Numbered from the whole stretch's first letter, positions 1-10,928 are shown. The stretch: 63,589 bases of DNA, filler included, from Octopus bimaculoides (GCF_001194135.2; 7 parts of 6 records of this genome joined end to end with filler, not necessarily neighbours in it), one strand, 5' to 3'. Translations and numbers: made by a program. The notes: a model not told the origin generated them from the letters alone.

Positions 1-399
1 ATAGATTCTTCATATTTTTCTGGTAGCTTACTAGCATAAATTTGCAAATATGAAAATAATATATGGTGTGTTGTGAATTTATGGAAAGAAATCCCATAAA
101 ACTCGACAATTTTGTTTAAAATGAAAAGATGTTAAAATATATAAGAGAATTTTATTTGTGCAAATGATTCTTTCGTACAGTGATATAAAAATCATGAAAA
201 TTCATGGTTAAATAGAATTTATTAAATCAATTAAATTAGATTAAATTAATTATATATCACTGTACTCTTCAGTGCAAGAAGTATAAACAAATTTTTTACA
301 AAGGACTTGAGAAAGGAAATAGCGGAATAGGATCTAGGATTCATATTTATCCTTATGAGAAAAAGATATGTGAGTCCAGTTAGTTTTCGTTAATACCTA

Positions 400-995
400 A
401 CTGGCAAATAGGGCGGGTGCAGAAGTGAAACCATGTTGTCTTTGGCGAGAAACTCACAAGTGAGGAGAGCTTGGTGACAGGGTGCATTGTCATCGCGAAG
501 AATCCAGTTCTTTGCGCTCCACAGATCCGGTCGCATTCACCGAACGTCCTCTCTCAAACGCTTCAAAATGTCACAGTAAGTCTCTCGATTGACAATCAGG
601 CCTTGGGGGATAAATTTTCGATACACAATGCCACATTTCCGAAGGGTGACGCTTGTGGCAAGTCTTCCATATGGCTCATTGTCTTCCGGGAAAGTTCTTC
701 TGTTTTTGAAGCACCAGTGACACTCGAAACATCGCATAAGACCTATTGTCTCGTCCCCGTAAGCTTGCCGAAGCATGTTCAATGTCTCTGTAGGAGACGT
801 CGAAAGTTTAACGCAAAATTTCACGTTGGCTTTTTGTTCTGTTCATGACAAAATCGCTGACTACATTATACATGTGATCTAAAGAACATAAGTTGCAAAG
901 TAAATACAACGATGTCACTCAGTATATTGCCTCATAGCGACTGTTTGTTGCCATCTGCTGGTGCACTACAGAACTTTTTGTTACCACCTCTTATC
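400..995 (-). mobile_element. Internally deleted mariner (Tc1/mariner) transposon remnant
   Basis: ORF 537-824(-) reads MKFCVKLSTSPTETLNMLRQAYGDE...(HTH region) joined directly to GIVYRKFIPQGLIVNRETYCDILKRLREDVR (catalytic region), both typical of mariner transposases. A TIR-like end ATAAGAGGTGGTAACAAAAAGTTCTG lies at ~970-995 on the minus strand. The left boundary is approximate. Confidence 0.8.
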
Positions 996-1047
996 AAACA
1001 TTTCTATTGAATAAATTAGTTTTTATATAATGTCATCTCTTTTACAG

Positions 1048-1176
1048 GTAATACAAAACTACAGTTCCAAAGCCAATACTAAAATTAACAGCCATATTAT
1101 TGCTGCAATTATTCCTAACATTCAAATAACCAACCTGGAGCAACCAGTTACCCTATCATTCCATTTAATAGACCAG
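1048..1176 (+). CDS. Adhesion GPCR exon (C-terminal GAIN domain): VIQNYSSKANTKINSHIIAAIIPNIQITNLEQPVTLSFHLIDQ
   Basis: tttacag|acceptor and CAG|gtaata donor; 129 nt, phase 0/0. The NS-II-A...NL--PV-L-F pattern is typical of the GAIN strands preceding the GPS motif, and the exon joins in frame to the next one. Confidence 0.85.
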
Positions 1177-1258
1177 GTAATAACTATATTTATCGTAACT
1201 GTTGTTGGTAATATTTCATTTCAAAGCCACATCTCACTCTTCTCGAAAGAAACACTGT

Positions 1259-1265
1259 AGTAGTA

Positions 1266-1314
<49 letters not shown>

Positions 1315-1999
1315 CAGTAGTAGTAGCAGTAGTAGTAGCAGTAGTAGTAGCAGCAGTAGTAGTAGTAGTAGTAGCAGTAGTAGTAGCAGTAGTAGTAGCA
1401 GCAGTAGTAGTAGTAGCAGTAGTAGTAGTAGTAGCAGTAGTAGCAGTAGTAGCAGTAGTAGTAGTAGTAGTAGCAGTAGTTGTTGTTTCAGTAGCAGTAG
1501 TAACAGTAGCAGTAGCAGCAGTAGTAGCAGTAGCAGCAGTAGTAGTAGTAGCAGTAGTAGTAGCAGTAGCAGTAGTAGTAGCAGTAGCAGTAGTAGTAGT
1601 AGTAGCAGCAGTAGTAGTAGTAGTAGTAGTAGCAGTAGTAGTAGTAGCAGTAGTAGTAGTAGCAGTAGTAGTAGAAGTAGCAGCAGTAGTAGCAGCAGCA
1701 GTAGTTGTTGTTTCAGTAGTAGTAGTAGTAGTAGTAGTAGCAGTAGTGGCAGTAGCAGTAGTAGTAGAAGTAGTAGCAGTAGCAGTAGTAGTAGAAGTAG
1801 TAGTAGTAGTAGTAGCAGTAGTAGCAGCAGCAGTAGTTGTTTCAGTAGTAGAAGTAGTAGTAGTAGTAGTAGAAGTAGTAGTAGTAGCAGCAGTAGCAGT
1901 AGTAGTAGTAGTAGCAGTAGTAGTAGTAGTAGTAGCAGTAGTAGTAGTAGTAGAAGTAGCAGCAGTAGTTGTTGTTTCAGTAGTAGTAGTAGTAGTAGC

Positions 2000-2037
<38 letters not shown>

Positions 2038-2083
2038 CAGTAGTAGAAGTAGCAGTAGTAGTAGCAGTAGTAGTAGTAGTAGT
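1259..2083. repeat. Long compound trinucleotide repeat (AGT/AGC)n in GPCR intron
   Basis: ~825 bp of AGT/AGC units with recurrent GAA and GTTGTTGTTTCA interruptions. It produces the poly-Ser and poly-Val ORFs in the track. Confidence 0.97.
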
Positions 2084-2181
2084 TGCTGTTACTGTGTTGA
2101 GAGCTATAACATGTTTATAATGTAAATGTTGTGGGATGATGGAGGTATTCTGTTTTCATTCCAAGATAAGCTTCAAGATGT

Positions 2182-2448
2182 ATATTGTCAACTTAATGTG
2201 ACAATCCCAAGAAGGGAATACACTACTGCTGTTTAGCCCTAGGAAGCTGAACCGCTTCCTGTCGGCCTTGACACAATTACTGTGTCCTTATGTGTCAAGG
2301 CCGACAGGAAGCGGTCCAGCTTCCTCGGGCTAAACAGCAGTAGTGTATTCCCTTCTTGGGATTGTCGCATTAAGTTGGCAATATACTACAACTTTATCGC
2401 ATCACTACTGCTTAAATCTCCCTGGGAGATTTAGAAATATGATATTTC
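2182..2448. repeat. Foldback insertion flanked by a 14-bp direct repeat
   Basis: 96-bp inverted arms 2180-2275 / 2291-2386 (4 mismatches, 15-nt loop), then hairpins 2413-2433 and 2434-2448. AAGCTTCAAGATGT occurs at 2168-2181 and 2449-2462. Confidence 0.9.
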
Positions 2449-2941
2449 AAGCTTCAAGATGTTTGTCTTGTATTTTCCTATCAAATATAAGGTTGTAATA
2501 TCTTTTATATTGGTTTCATTGATTGTGTCCGTGTATTTTAACTGTGAATTACTTCGGGGTTTCATATGGTGACCGTTGTTCCTGTTTATTTTTGTTTCCT
2601 CTTTGACCCAGTAAATCTATGATGAAACGCATCCCAACCATTAACATCTTATCAACTTATATACCGTTAAATATTTCTACAACTACATCATCCAATGTCT
2701 TCTTCCATTTTTATGATGATGAGTGTATACTATGAGAATATACACAGATGTATAAATGAAGTAAAATGGTCAGTAAAGCAATGCCACAGCCAGTGATGTT
2801 AGATTCCCAATGCCAATAGCAATCAAAACGTTGTTTGCCATAATGTTTTGATGTTTTGTTAATGTAATTATCAAACTTTCATTACATGTATTTTAATTAC
2901 AAGTTAATTTGATTAAATTATCAGAATACATTTTTTTTCAG

Positions 2942-3091
2942 AATGCTAACAACCCACAATGTGTTTATTGGGATGAATCTCCTGGACAGAGTCCCCATTG
3001 GTCAACCAAAGGCTGTAGTGTATCTAACTATGTACCCGGAGAGAAAGCACTTTGTTCTTGTGACCATCTTACAAGTTTTGCCCTATTAATG
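2942..3091 (+). CDS. Adhesion GPCR exon, GPS motif: NANNPQCVYWDESPGQSPHWSTKGCSVSNYVPGEKALCSCDHLTSFALLM
   Basis: ttttttttcag|acceptor and ATG|gttggt donor; 150 nt, phase 0/0. Canonical C-x2-W...W-x3-GC...C-x-C-x-HLTSF-x2-LM GPS signature. Confidence 0.95.
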
Positions 3092-4496
3092 GTTGGTAAG
3101 ATTATGACAACTTGTTAATTACCTGTAATTAATCTGCTTATGTTTATGCATTAATAATTTCAACACCCACTAGGTTTTGAATTGGTGGACATTTCGGTAA
3201 ATATGTGGGTTTGATATACTGTAAGACGTCGTTGTTGTTCTTGTTGCTATGGCTGTTGTTTATGCGTTTAAACTTAGGACGATGTCCTTTACATGTTTCA
3301 AGCTACCATCCTCAACAAAATACAGGAGAATTCTTTCAGTATTGATGTGAAAGGAATTGAGAGAGACAGTCACATGTCCTGGTTTTAAAATCCCTTGTGT
3401 TGAAACTATCTGAATGGTAGTCTAGGTGATGGACATGTTTAAGATATAATAGGCATTCGTAGCTCAATAAACATGTTGGCAGCTTAGATGTTAAACTCTT
3501 GGTCTCTTCATGACTCTGTTACAAGATCTCTCCTTTCATTTATGGGAGTTTTTCTGCTGATGCTTTTTATATCCATAATGCACATATATCCACTACTTGT
3601 TACTTATCCTATACTTCTGCTGCCCACAAACATAAAATTTGCACCTCTCTATGGCACATATCTAAGCCTACAGGATTTGTCGAATTAATTCAAGTTATTA
3701 GGTCACTCCATACCAGTTCTGCTATCACCTAACGTCACAAGAATCGAGATGAAACAGTCAGGTCACATGATGTTGCTTCTATCGTTGTCAATTTTATCAG
3801 GAACATTACTGAATCAATTGTTGTCTTTGTCATTGTTTTCATTTCTGCAATTTTTGTTACCAAAGTAATTTCAATTTCACATTTCTTCCTGTATCTAAAT
3901 ATTCATTCATCACATATTTTATGTCATCTATTGACCCAATATGAGACGAACAGCCTTCATATCTATTTTGTCATGACTCATAATCTATAACATCCATAGC
4001 CAAAAGATATCTGAAGTAGGCACGTCCTCTTACTTGTTGAAGGATGCAACTCTACATATAAGAAACTGATCATACAACATCAAGCTCTGATAGTGGAAAA
4101 ATGATCTTAATTTGCCTTGTGTTAAAGGAATGAGAACGAAATAACACCGGTCTATCTCAGTCGAGAGATGGTTTAAGTGAAGCAGCCTCAATTAGCTGTA
4201 CTGATAAAATATACAAGGACACATTCAGTGAATTCGAACTCAAGTTCTATGAGCTGGTGGCATATCTCATATTTCTAGTTACACATCACATATATACTTA
4301 ATGAATTCGGTGAAACTGTCTATCATCCAACATACAATGTAAGACGGCCCACTGATAATATTGTCTTAAATGCAGCTTACTCTAGTCTTCACCTTCTACA
4401 TCAACATTTTATACACTCATAACTTATGTAATTATTGACCGACATAGGAAGGAATGGAAAAAGGAGTTAATACGTTGTTATTTGTTTCTGTTGCAG

Positions 4497-4603
4497 GATG
4501 TCAACCAGGAAATTAGTCACCTCTTATATATAACCTCTTACATTGGCTGCGGAATATCATTAGCCTGTCTCATATTCACAGTAATATTTTATCTTTGTTC
4601 CAA
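4497..4603 (+). CDS. Adhesion GPCR exon, TM1: DVNQEISHLLYITSYIGCGISLACLIFTVIFYLCS(K)
   Basis: tttctgttgcag|acceptor and AA|gtaaga donor; 107 nt, phase 0/2. Gives the LM-DV junction and the family-B/adhesion TM1 motif YIGCGIS. Confidence 0.92.
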
Positions 4604-4788
4604 GTAAGAACTTCATTTTCTATTTTCTTTCATAAATTGTTTAAATACAGAGCAGCAACATCTGTTATTTAGTGGAGTTCTCACAGATTGGTAAAATCGA
4701 TGTGCTTGATGTCTGCAGGAAAAGCCATGGATGAGGAAACACACATACCTAAATACTCACGTACAATATAAGTACATACGTACGTACA

Positions 4789-4820
<32 letters not shown>

Positions 4821-5600
4821 CGTACATATATACAAACTGTGCCGTTTTAATCCTGAGAAACGGTGGGTATTTCTGCTAGTTAATAATAAGAGGCTCACTG
4901 ACGAAAATTGGGTCTTTGAAAAAAATTCAAATTCAAAGAATTCTGAAGGGCTACATTTTCAGTCATCATCCCATTAATCAATATATATATNNNNNNNNNN
5001 NNNNNNNNNNNNNNNNNNNNNNNNNNNNNNNNNNNNNNNNNNNNNNNNNNNNNNNNNNNNNNNNNNNNNNNNNNNNNNNNNNNNNNNNNNNNNNNNNNNN
5101 NNNNNNNNNNNNNNNNNNNNNNNNNNNNNNNNNNNNNNNNNNNNNNNNNNNNNNNNNNNNNNNNNNNNNNNNNNNNNNNNNNNNNNNNNNNNNNNNNNNN
5201 NNNNNNNNNNNNNNNNNNNNNNNNNNNNNNNNNNNNNNNNNNNNNNNNNNNNNNNNNNNNNNNNNNNNNNNNNNNNNNNNNNNNNNNNNNNNNNNNNNNN
5301 NNNNNNNNNNNNNNNNNNNNNNNNNNNNNNNNNNNNNNNNNNNNNNNNNNNNNNNNNNNNNNNNNNNNNNNNNNNNNNNNNNNNNNNNNNNNNNNNNNNN
5401 NNNNNNNNNNNNNNNNNNNNNNNNNNNNNNNNNNNNNNNNNNNNNNNNNNNNNNNNNNNNNNNNNNNNNNNNNNNNNNNNNNNNNNNNNNNNNNNNNNNN
5501 NNNNNNNNNNNNNNNNNNNNNNNNNNNNNNNNNNNNNNNNNNNNNNNNNNNNNNNNNNNNNNNNNNNNNNNNNNNNNNNNNNNGTATATATATATAGTAA

Positions 5601-5773
5601 GAATCGCTTCTACTGGAAGCACAAGGCCTCAAATTTGGGGGAAGGAATCAAGTCGATTACATCGACCCCAGTGCGTAACTGGTACTTATTTAATCGACCC
5701 CAAAAGGATGAAAGGTAAAATCGACTTCGGCGGAATTTGAACTCAGAACATAGCGACGGACAAAATACCGCAA
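5601..5773 (-). mobile_element. High-copy octopus-type SINE (5' truncated)
   Basis: Reverse complement contains the family core GTTCTGAGTTCAAATTCCGCCGA..GTCGA..TTTCATCC..GGGTCGAT..AATAAGTACCAGTT..CTGGGGTCGATGTAATCGAC, which recurs many times in the window. Confidence 0.85.
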
Positions 5774-5796
5774 ATCTACTCTTAGCAATTAGAGCG

Positions 5797-5968
5797 TTTT
5801 AACGCTGCTTTGAAGAAGTAAAATCTTGCTTTAGTGAATCGAAAGGGAGTAGTGTTTCATCAGGACAATGCAAGACACTACACTGCAATGATCACGTGGC
5901 AGAAGATCGAGGAACTTGGCTGGGAGAAAATTGCTGATCTGCCTTATTCCCTAGACCTTACTCCCTAA
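5797..5968 (+). mobile_element. Mariner transposase catalytic-domain fragment
   Basis: Translates as ...VNRKGVVFHQDNARHYTAMITWQKIEELGWEKIADLPYSLDLTP, matching the mariner HDNARPH and PYSPDLAP motifs; contains a stop. Confidence 0.8.
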
Positions 5969-6229
5969 TCGTTGTACTTACGCTAGTTTCGACCGTCCTT
6001 TTGACAAGTCTTGTTTTAGTCCTGATGGGTTTCTAGCAATCCTCTCCACCAGCAAGCTTTGGGGGTGCCAGTTTAGTCACCCGAGCGATCGTGCAACAGG
6101 CTGTACAGATTTCCATGTTACTAGTGGCTCTTATGAGAGACCTCACATACATACACACACACATATTAATTTGTATGTGTGTGTGTGTGTTATTGAATTA
6201 GCTTCCAAGAAGATGATCTATATGTAAAT

Positions 6230-6453
6230 AAAAGGCGGTGAGCTGGCAGAAACGTTAGCACGCCGGGCGAAATGCTTCGCGGTATTTCGTCTGCCGTTAC
6301 GTTCTGAGTTCAAATTCCGCCGAGGTCGACTTTGCCTTCATCCTTTCAGGGTCGATAAATTAAGTACCAGTTACGCACTGGGGTCGATGTAATCAACTTA
6401 ACCCCTTTGTTTGTCCCCTCTATGTTTAGCCCCTTGTGGGCAATAAAGAAATG
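6230..6453 (+). mobile_element. Full-length octopus-type SINE with perfect 18-bp target-site duplication
   Basis: Starts GGCGGTGAGCTGGCAGAAACGTTAGCACGCCGGGCGAAATGC. GATGATCTATATGTAAAT occurs at 6212-6229 and 6454-6471. Confidence 0.92.
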
Positions 6454-7070
6454 GATGATCTATATGTAAATTCAGCAGGCAGATTTCCTTGAAACTTTAA
6501 TTGTAGATGGTTTATAAGCTGTATTTCCGTTTGTGTTAAAGAGGGTACTCTGTCGCAGATGAATCCCCAACATAGAATTGTAATTAATGCAACTGGTCTT
6601 TTCTTTTTTGTCAAAGAAAACATTCTATATAATGACTAGATATTAATAATGTTAAATATTGAATAGTGTTGACTGGAAAAAAATGGATATTGTACATAGC
6701 GTTCTTGTTAATATATCAACAAAGTATATTACATATATGTGTTTGTGTCCAAAATTCCATTCGACATATAACGTATTATCTCTTGTTCCTCGGCTACAGG
6801 GAATTACTATTATAACCATCGAAACCTACTCTATGATTGCAAGAGATAATACACATGGTGTTTTATATCTCATTCGGGTTATGATACATATTTTACATCA
6901 CATCCACACACAAATTCAATGTATATAAATTTAACATATCCTTTATATTCAAATAATCATCATCTATACACACAGTTGTAGTTATTAGTATACTAAGATT
7001 TGTCTTTAGCAATAAATTTCATTAAATGAAATTTCATTAAATGAAATATTCCTTTTTCCTATTATTTCAG

Positions 7071-7194
7071 AAATCTAAGGAAATTAATGTTTTCAAAGGT
7101 TTTAGTAAGCTTGTGCATTTCTTTGGCTATCGCTAATTTAATCTTCCTTGTTGGGATGCACCCATATGCCTTTAAAATAACAGCTGCTTGTAAG
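7071..7194 (+). CDS. Adhesion GPCR exon, ICL1-TM2-ECL1: (K)NLRKLMFSKVLVSLCISLAIANLIFLVGMHPYAFKITAACK
   Basis: tttttcctattatttcag|acceptor and AAG|gtaagt donor; 124 nt, phase 2/0, matching the previous exon. Shows the TM2 pattern (LCISL--ANL-FL-G) and the conserved ECL1/TM3 cysteine. Confidence 0.92.
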
Positions 7195-7614
7195 GTAAGT
7201 GAAAACACATTTTAACCAGTACGAATTTTGTTTTATATGAAACACTATGAACGAGCTCAAATAGATTTCCCCCCGATAACAGCCCAGGCTTCAGCGCTAT
7301 TCAAATTCTTCCAACGTCACGGAATACATTTAATGTTGGCGTTATTCGTCCTTGAATTCTTTCATTTGATAATGCTTTCTTTTCAGACGATGACAACAAT
7401 TTTTATAGTCAGAAATACTAAATAATGAGTAATCAAATTTTAATTCGTCAAACTATATTTTGTATAGCATTTTCCATAATTCCCGTCACCTTTATATTAA
7501 ACATCCAGTCCACTTCACTTGTCTATGTTAGCTTTCTGTTCAACATTATTTGAATTTTATTGTATCTCTTTAAACCCTTTCTATCTAATACAGCAATAAA
7601 TATTACAGTTGTCG

Positions 7615-7873
7615 TTTCATATTTTGGTACAAACCCTGCAACTTTTAGGGAGAAGGGTTTAGTTGATACCATCGACTCCAATACTTGACTAGTACTTGAA
7701 TTTATCGATCCTGAAGTGATACAAGGAAAAATTGACACATTACTCCAGGGTCATGTTTTGTCTTCACCTTTCCTGGGTCGATAGATTAAAGTGTCAGACA
7801 AATATTGGGGTCGAAGGTATCGACTAATCTTATCTCTAAAAATTGCTAGCTTTGTGCTGATATTAGAAAAAAG
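7615..7873. mobile_element. Two degraded SINE fragments (- then +); the + copy ends in a (TTA)n tail
   Basis: Diverged matches to the SINE core (ATCGACTCCAATACTTGACTAGTACTT on minus; GGGTCGATAG..TGGGGTCGAAGGTATCGACTAA on plus). Confidence 0.6.
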
Positions 7874-7887
7874 TTATTATTATTATT

Positions 7888-9580
7888 GCCTTTGTACAGC
7901 TTCTAACTCTGGAGATGTACTACGGTGTCAGCTGTTCACTACCAGTGAACTAAGGTAACACCCCTTATTTTTCGAGTACCTTCCGGAGTATTCGAGCGGT
8001 TCCAGCAGTGATGTTTTCTGCAAGTGCTCCACCCTTATTGCAGCCCCTATTTGTTCCATGTACTTCTCGAGAATTTTACTCACTGTTCCCAGGACAATTA
8101 TTGGTACTACTACCACTGTTTTCATCGACCACAACTACTAAACCTCTCAAGCTAACCTGTCATATCTATCAATTTTTTTCTTCCTTATCGCATACCTTGT
8201 TGTCAGCTGAGCATGCTATATCTATGATCCAGCATAGTTTGCTTTCTTTCTCAATTAATACTATATCTCGCTTCTTATTCTCTATCTTGTGGCCGCACTG
8301 AATCATAAAATCCCACAGGATCTTTGCATTATTATCTTCGATGATGCCTTCGGGTTTGTGGTCGTACCAATTTCTTGCTCTGTCAAGTTCATATTTGTTG
8401 CAAAGTGTCTAATGGACAAGCCTTGCTATATTATCGTGGCGTCTCTTACATTCCTTCTAGGCTAGTGGCGTACATTGACTGGTAATATGCCATATGGTTT
8501 CACCATTTTGTCCACAAATTCTGCACTTATCACTTTCTGATGTGTTGTCTATTCTGTATTTTATGTAATTTGTTGTTAGTGCTTGCTCTAGGGCAGCACA
8601 GATTAGAGCCTCCGTTTCCGGTTTTGAATCACTTTTAGTTATCCACAGCCATCTTTTTTCTCTGTCTGTCTTATCTTCAACATCCCTATGAAATTGTCCA
8701 TGCATTCTTTTCTTTACCCACTTATTTTCAGTTTCATTCGTTTTCAATTGCTTATATAGTGCTTTATCTTTGCAATCATTCGTCCTACACAAACCTGACC
8801 TTCTTACTTCTAATAATAGCAGTTCTGTGGCATTTTGTACGTACCATGCCATGCTGTCTTCTCCTGCTTTAATGCTGTGTTTGCATCCAATAAGTCCTCT
8901 TACCCCTCTTTTTCTTGGTACATACAGTCTGTCTGTGTCACTTTTTAGATGGAGTGACCCATATCTAGTTAGCAACTTCCTTGTCTTTCTTTCTAAGCTG
9001 TTTAATTTGTTTACTGTCCATGCGATTACCCCTGCTCCATATCTAAGGAATGAAACCACCCAGGTGTTGATAGCTTCAATCTTATTCCGTCCGTTTAATT
9101 TCGACTTAAGGATCAGTCTCAGTCTGCGCAAGTACTCCACCTTAAATTTTTCTGTCATTTCTTTCTCCATCAATTTATCCATTTCCAATATCCCCAAGTC
9201 CTTATAACCCGTCTCTTCTATCTGTTTCATAACCTCCCCCGACGGTATCATTAGACCGTCCATACATTTGATTTAACCTCTCTTCAAGACTTAACACACC
9301 ACACTTTCTCAGTCTGAACTCCATTCTGATATCAGCACTGAAGGTATACACCGTATCAACGAGGGGACTGACTTGGGATTCATATTTACCATAAAGTTTG
9401 AGGTCATCCATGAATAACAAATGGTTGATTTGTTGGAGGCTTTTGAATACATACCCAGTTTTTGCTTTCCTCAGAATCAGTGTTAGTGGTATCAAGCACA
9501 GTACAAAGACAAGTGGGACAAGCAGTCCCCTTGGAAGATCCCTCCTGATTTCTACTGTCCCTAAACTTCTTCCTAAACGT
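7888..9580 (-). mobile_element. 5'-truncated R4/Dong-type non-LTR retrotransposon (RT, CCHC knuckle, restriction-like endonuclease), disrupted
   Basis: Minus-strand translation gives RT motifs (IRRDLPRG..PLVFVLCLIPL; HLLFMDDLKLYGK), NKIEAINTW..RYGAG, DRLYVPRKRG.RGL, CRICGQNGETIWHITSQC and RLE-like KILWDFMIQ..RDIVLIEKE..CWIIDIA. Several stops and frameshifts; (TAA)n tail at 7874-7887. Confidence 0.9.
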
Positions 9581-9893
9581 ATTATTATTATTATTATTTT
9601 ATGTTTGACTTTTGTTTTGCATTTGTACAAGTTGGATCCAAGTCCCACCCAGAGACCTCAAGAGACAACAAGTTAGAAGTTCATGTAGGTGTTATGCCTA
9701 GGGTACCATATATTTGGATTTGTACATAGTGTTGTTCTAGAGAATGTTTAAGAAACCATAAGAAAATTATGTGTTTGCTTTAAAATTTGAGATCACATAG
9801 ACAGTATTTTACGTAGGATATGGGCAGTTCCCATGAGCACTATCTTTTGAACTTCAGCCATTTTGGGGTTTCCTGGTATCTGAGCTAGGTAGT
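9581..9893 (-). mobile_element. 3' end of a second R4/Dong-type element (different subfamily), running into a gap
   Basis: Minus strand reads YLAQIPGNPKMAEVQKIVLMGTAHILRKILSM*, the typical ORF terminus of this clade, then a 3' UTR and a (TAA)n tail at 9581-9597. Confidence 0.8.
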
Positions 9894-9993
9894 NNNNNNN
9901 NNNNNNNNNNNNNNNNNNNNNNNNNNNNNNNNNNNNNTTAATTAATTAANNNNNNNNNNNNNNNNNNNNNNNNNNNNNNNNNNNNNNNNNNNN
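9894..9993. other. Assembly placeholder gap N44-TTAATTAATTAA-N44 (first of six identical ones)
   Basis: The same 100-bp layout occurs at 9894-9993, 37055-37154, 49942-50041, 53228-53327, 59509-59608 and 62352-62451. The 12-mer has stop codons in all six frames. Confidence 0.95.
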
Positions 9994-10024
<31 letters not shown>

Positions 10025-10928
10025 TCTATTATTATCATTTAATCGAACGCGACGCATGCATTTCCATATATATATATGTATATATTGTTGTAGGAAATTA
10101 TTAATAATATTACACCCCTCCCACGTGACGAATTGAATAACCTATTTACTATAAGTAAATAGAAATAAGTGAATTACCAGAGTTCTTAGTAAGCGGTCAG
10201 AGATAGTCATATCCTTACTGGTTTTACTAAGTGTACTATATACCGAAATGAACTTTATAACAATTCAACAGTAATAGGAATTTTAACAGGGGCGACGAGG
10301 ATTTAAAGAACCCACGAAAAATTAGTAAATCACGATGATTTATCAAACTCACAAATGCTAGCAACAACAACAACACCGGCAACAACTGAAAGTACAACAG
10401 CAGCAGCAGCAGATACAACTCCAAGAGCTACAACAGAAGTAACAACAACAGGCTGCAATGGTTGAGTTGACTAGTGTAATTTGTCCACACTCCCACAAAT
10501 TTCATTGACGATGGCTATAAAGCTAAGTAATCAGAGATGCGGGTAGATGGACACGTTCAAAGGCACCACATTAATCATATCAAATCAATGGAGTAAGAAT
10601 AAGGAACCTAATTAAAGAACAGAGGAAACCATTGTATAGTGTATAAGTTTCGACAGCCATTATTTAATAAAGAGACTTTATGAAAATACATTCGTTTTGT
10701 TTTCCTCGGTATGTAATTTGTAATGCATTCTATCAACTACATGAGGGGAAGCATGTTTCAGTAATACCGGTTAATTGGAACAGAAAGCTGCATTGGACTT
10801 TTTAAAGAATTGTTGTAAAGAAAAAATCCCACCTGGAATGAATTCCATGAGAGAATTATGTGTGTGTCTGTCTGTATGTGTGTGGGGGTGTGTGGTGTGT
10901 TTGTGGTGTGTGTGTGTGTGTGTGTTAC

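Noticed and set aside
1202-2125. 307-aa poly-Ser and 284-aa poly-Val ORFs as a mucin-like stalk exon of the GPCR
   Set aside because: Pure trinucleotide repeat, out of frame with the upstream exon. The flanking exons already splice in frame without it.
4895-5740. Long X-containing ORFs here and at 17462-18653, 21028-21879, 25152-25625, 35511-35943, 38317-38989, 41778-42288 and 59557-60940
   Set aside because: Open only because they cross N-gaps and dinucleotide repeats.
9938-9949. TTAATTAATTAA as a recurring regulatory or homeodomain-type motif
   Set aside because: Always centred in a 100-bp N block; an assembly placeholder.
10340-10600. Thr/Ala-rich peptide (ATTTTTPATTESTT..) and a Gypsy-integrase-like tail VDGHVQRHHINHIK
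   Set aside because: Short, low complexity and stop-interrupted, with no supporting splice structure or upstream integrase motifs.
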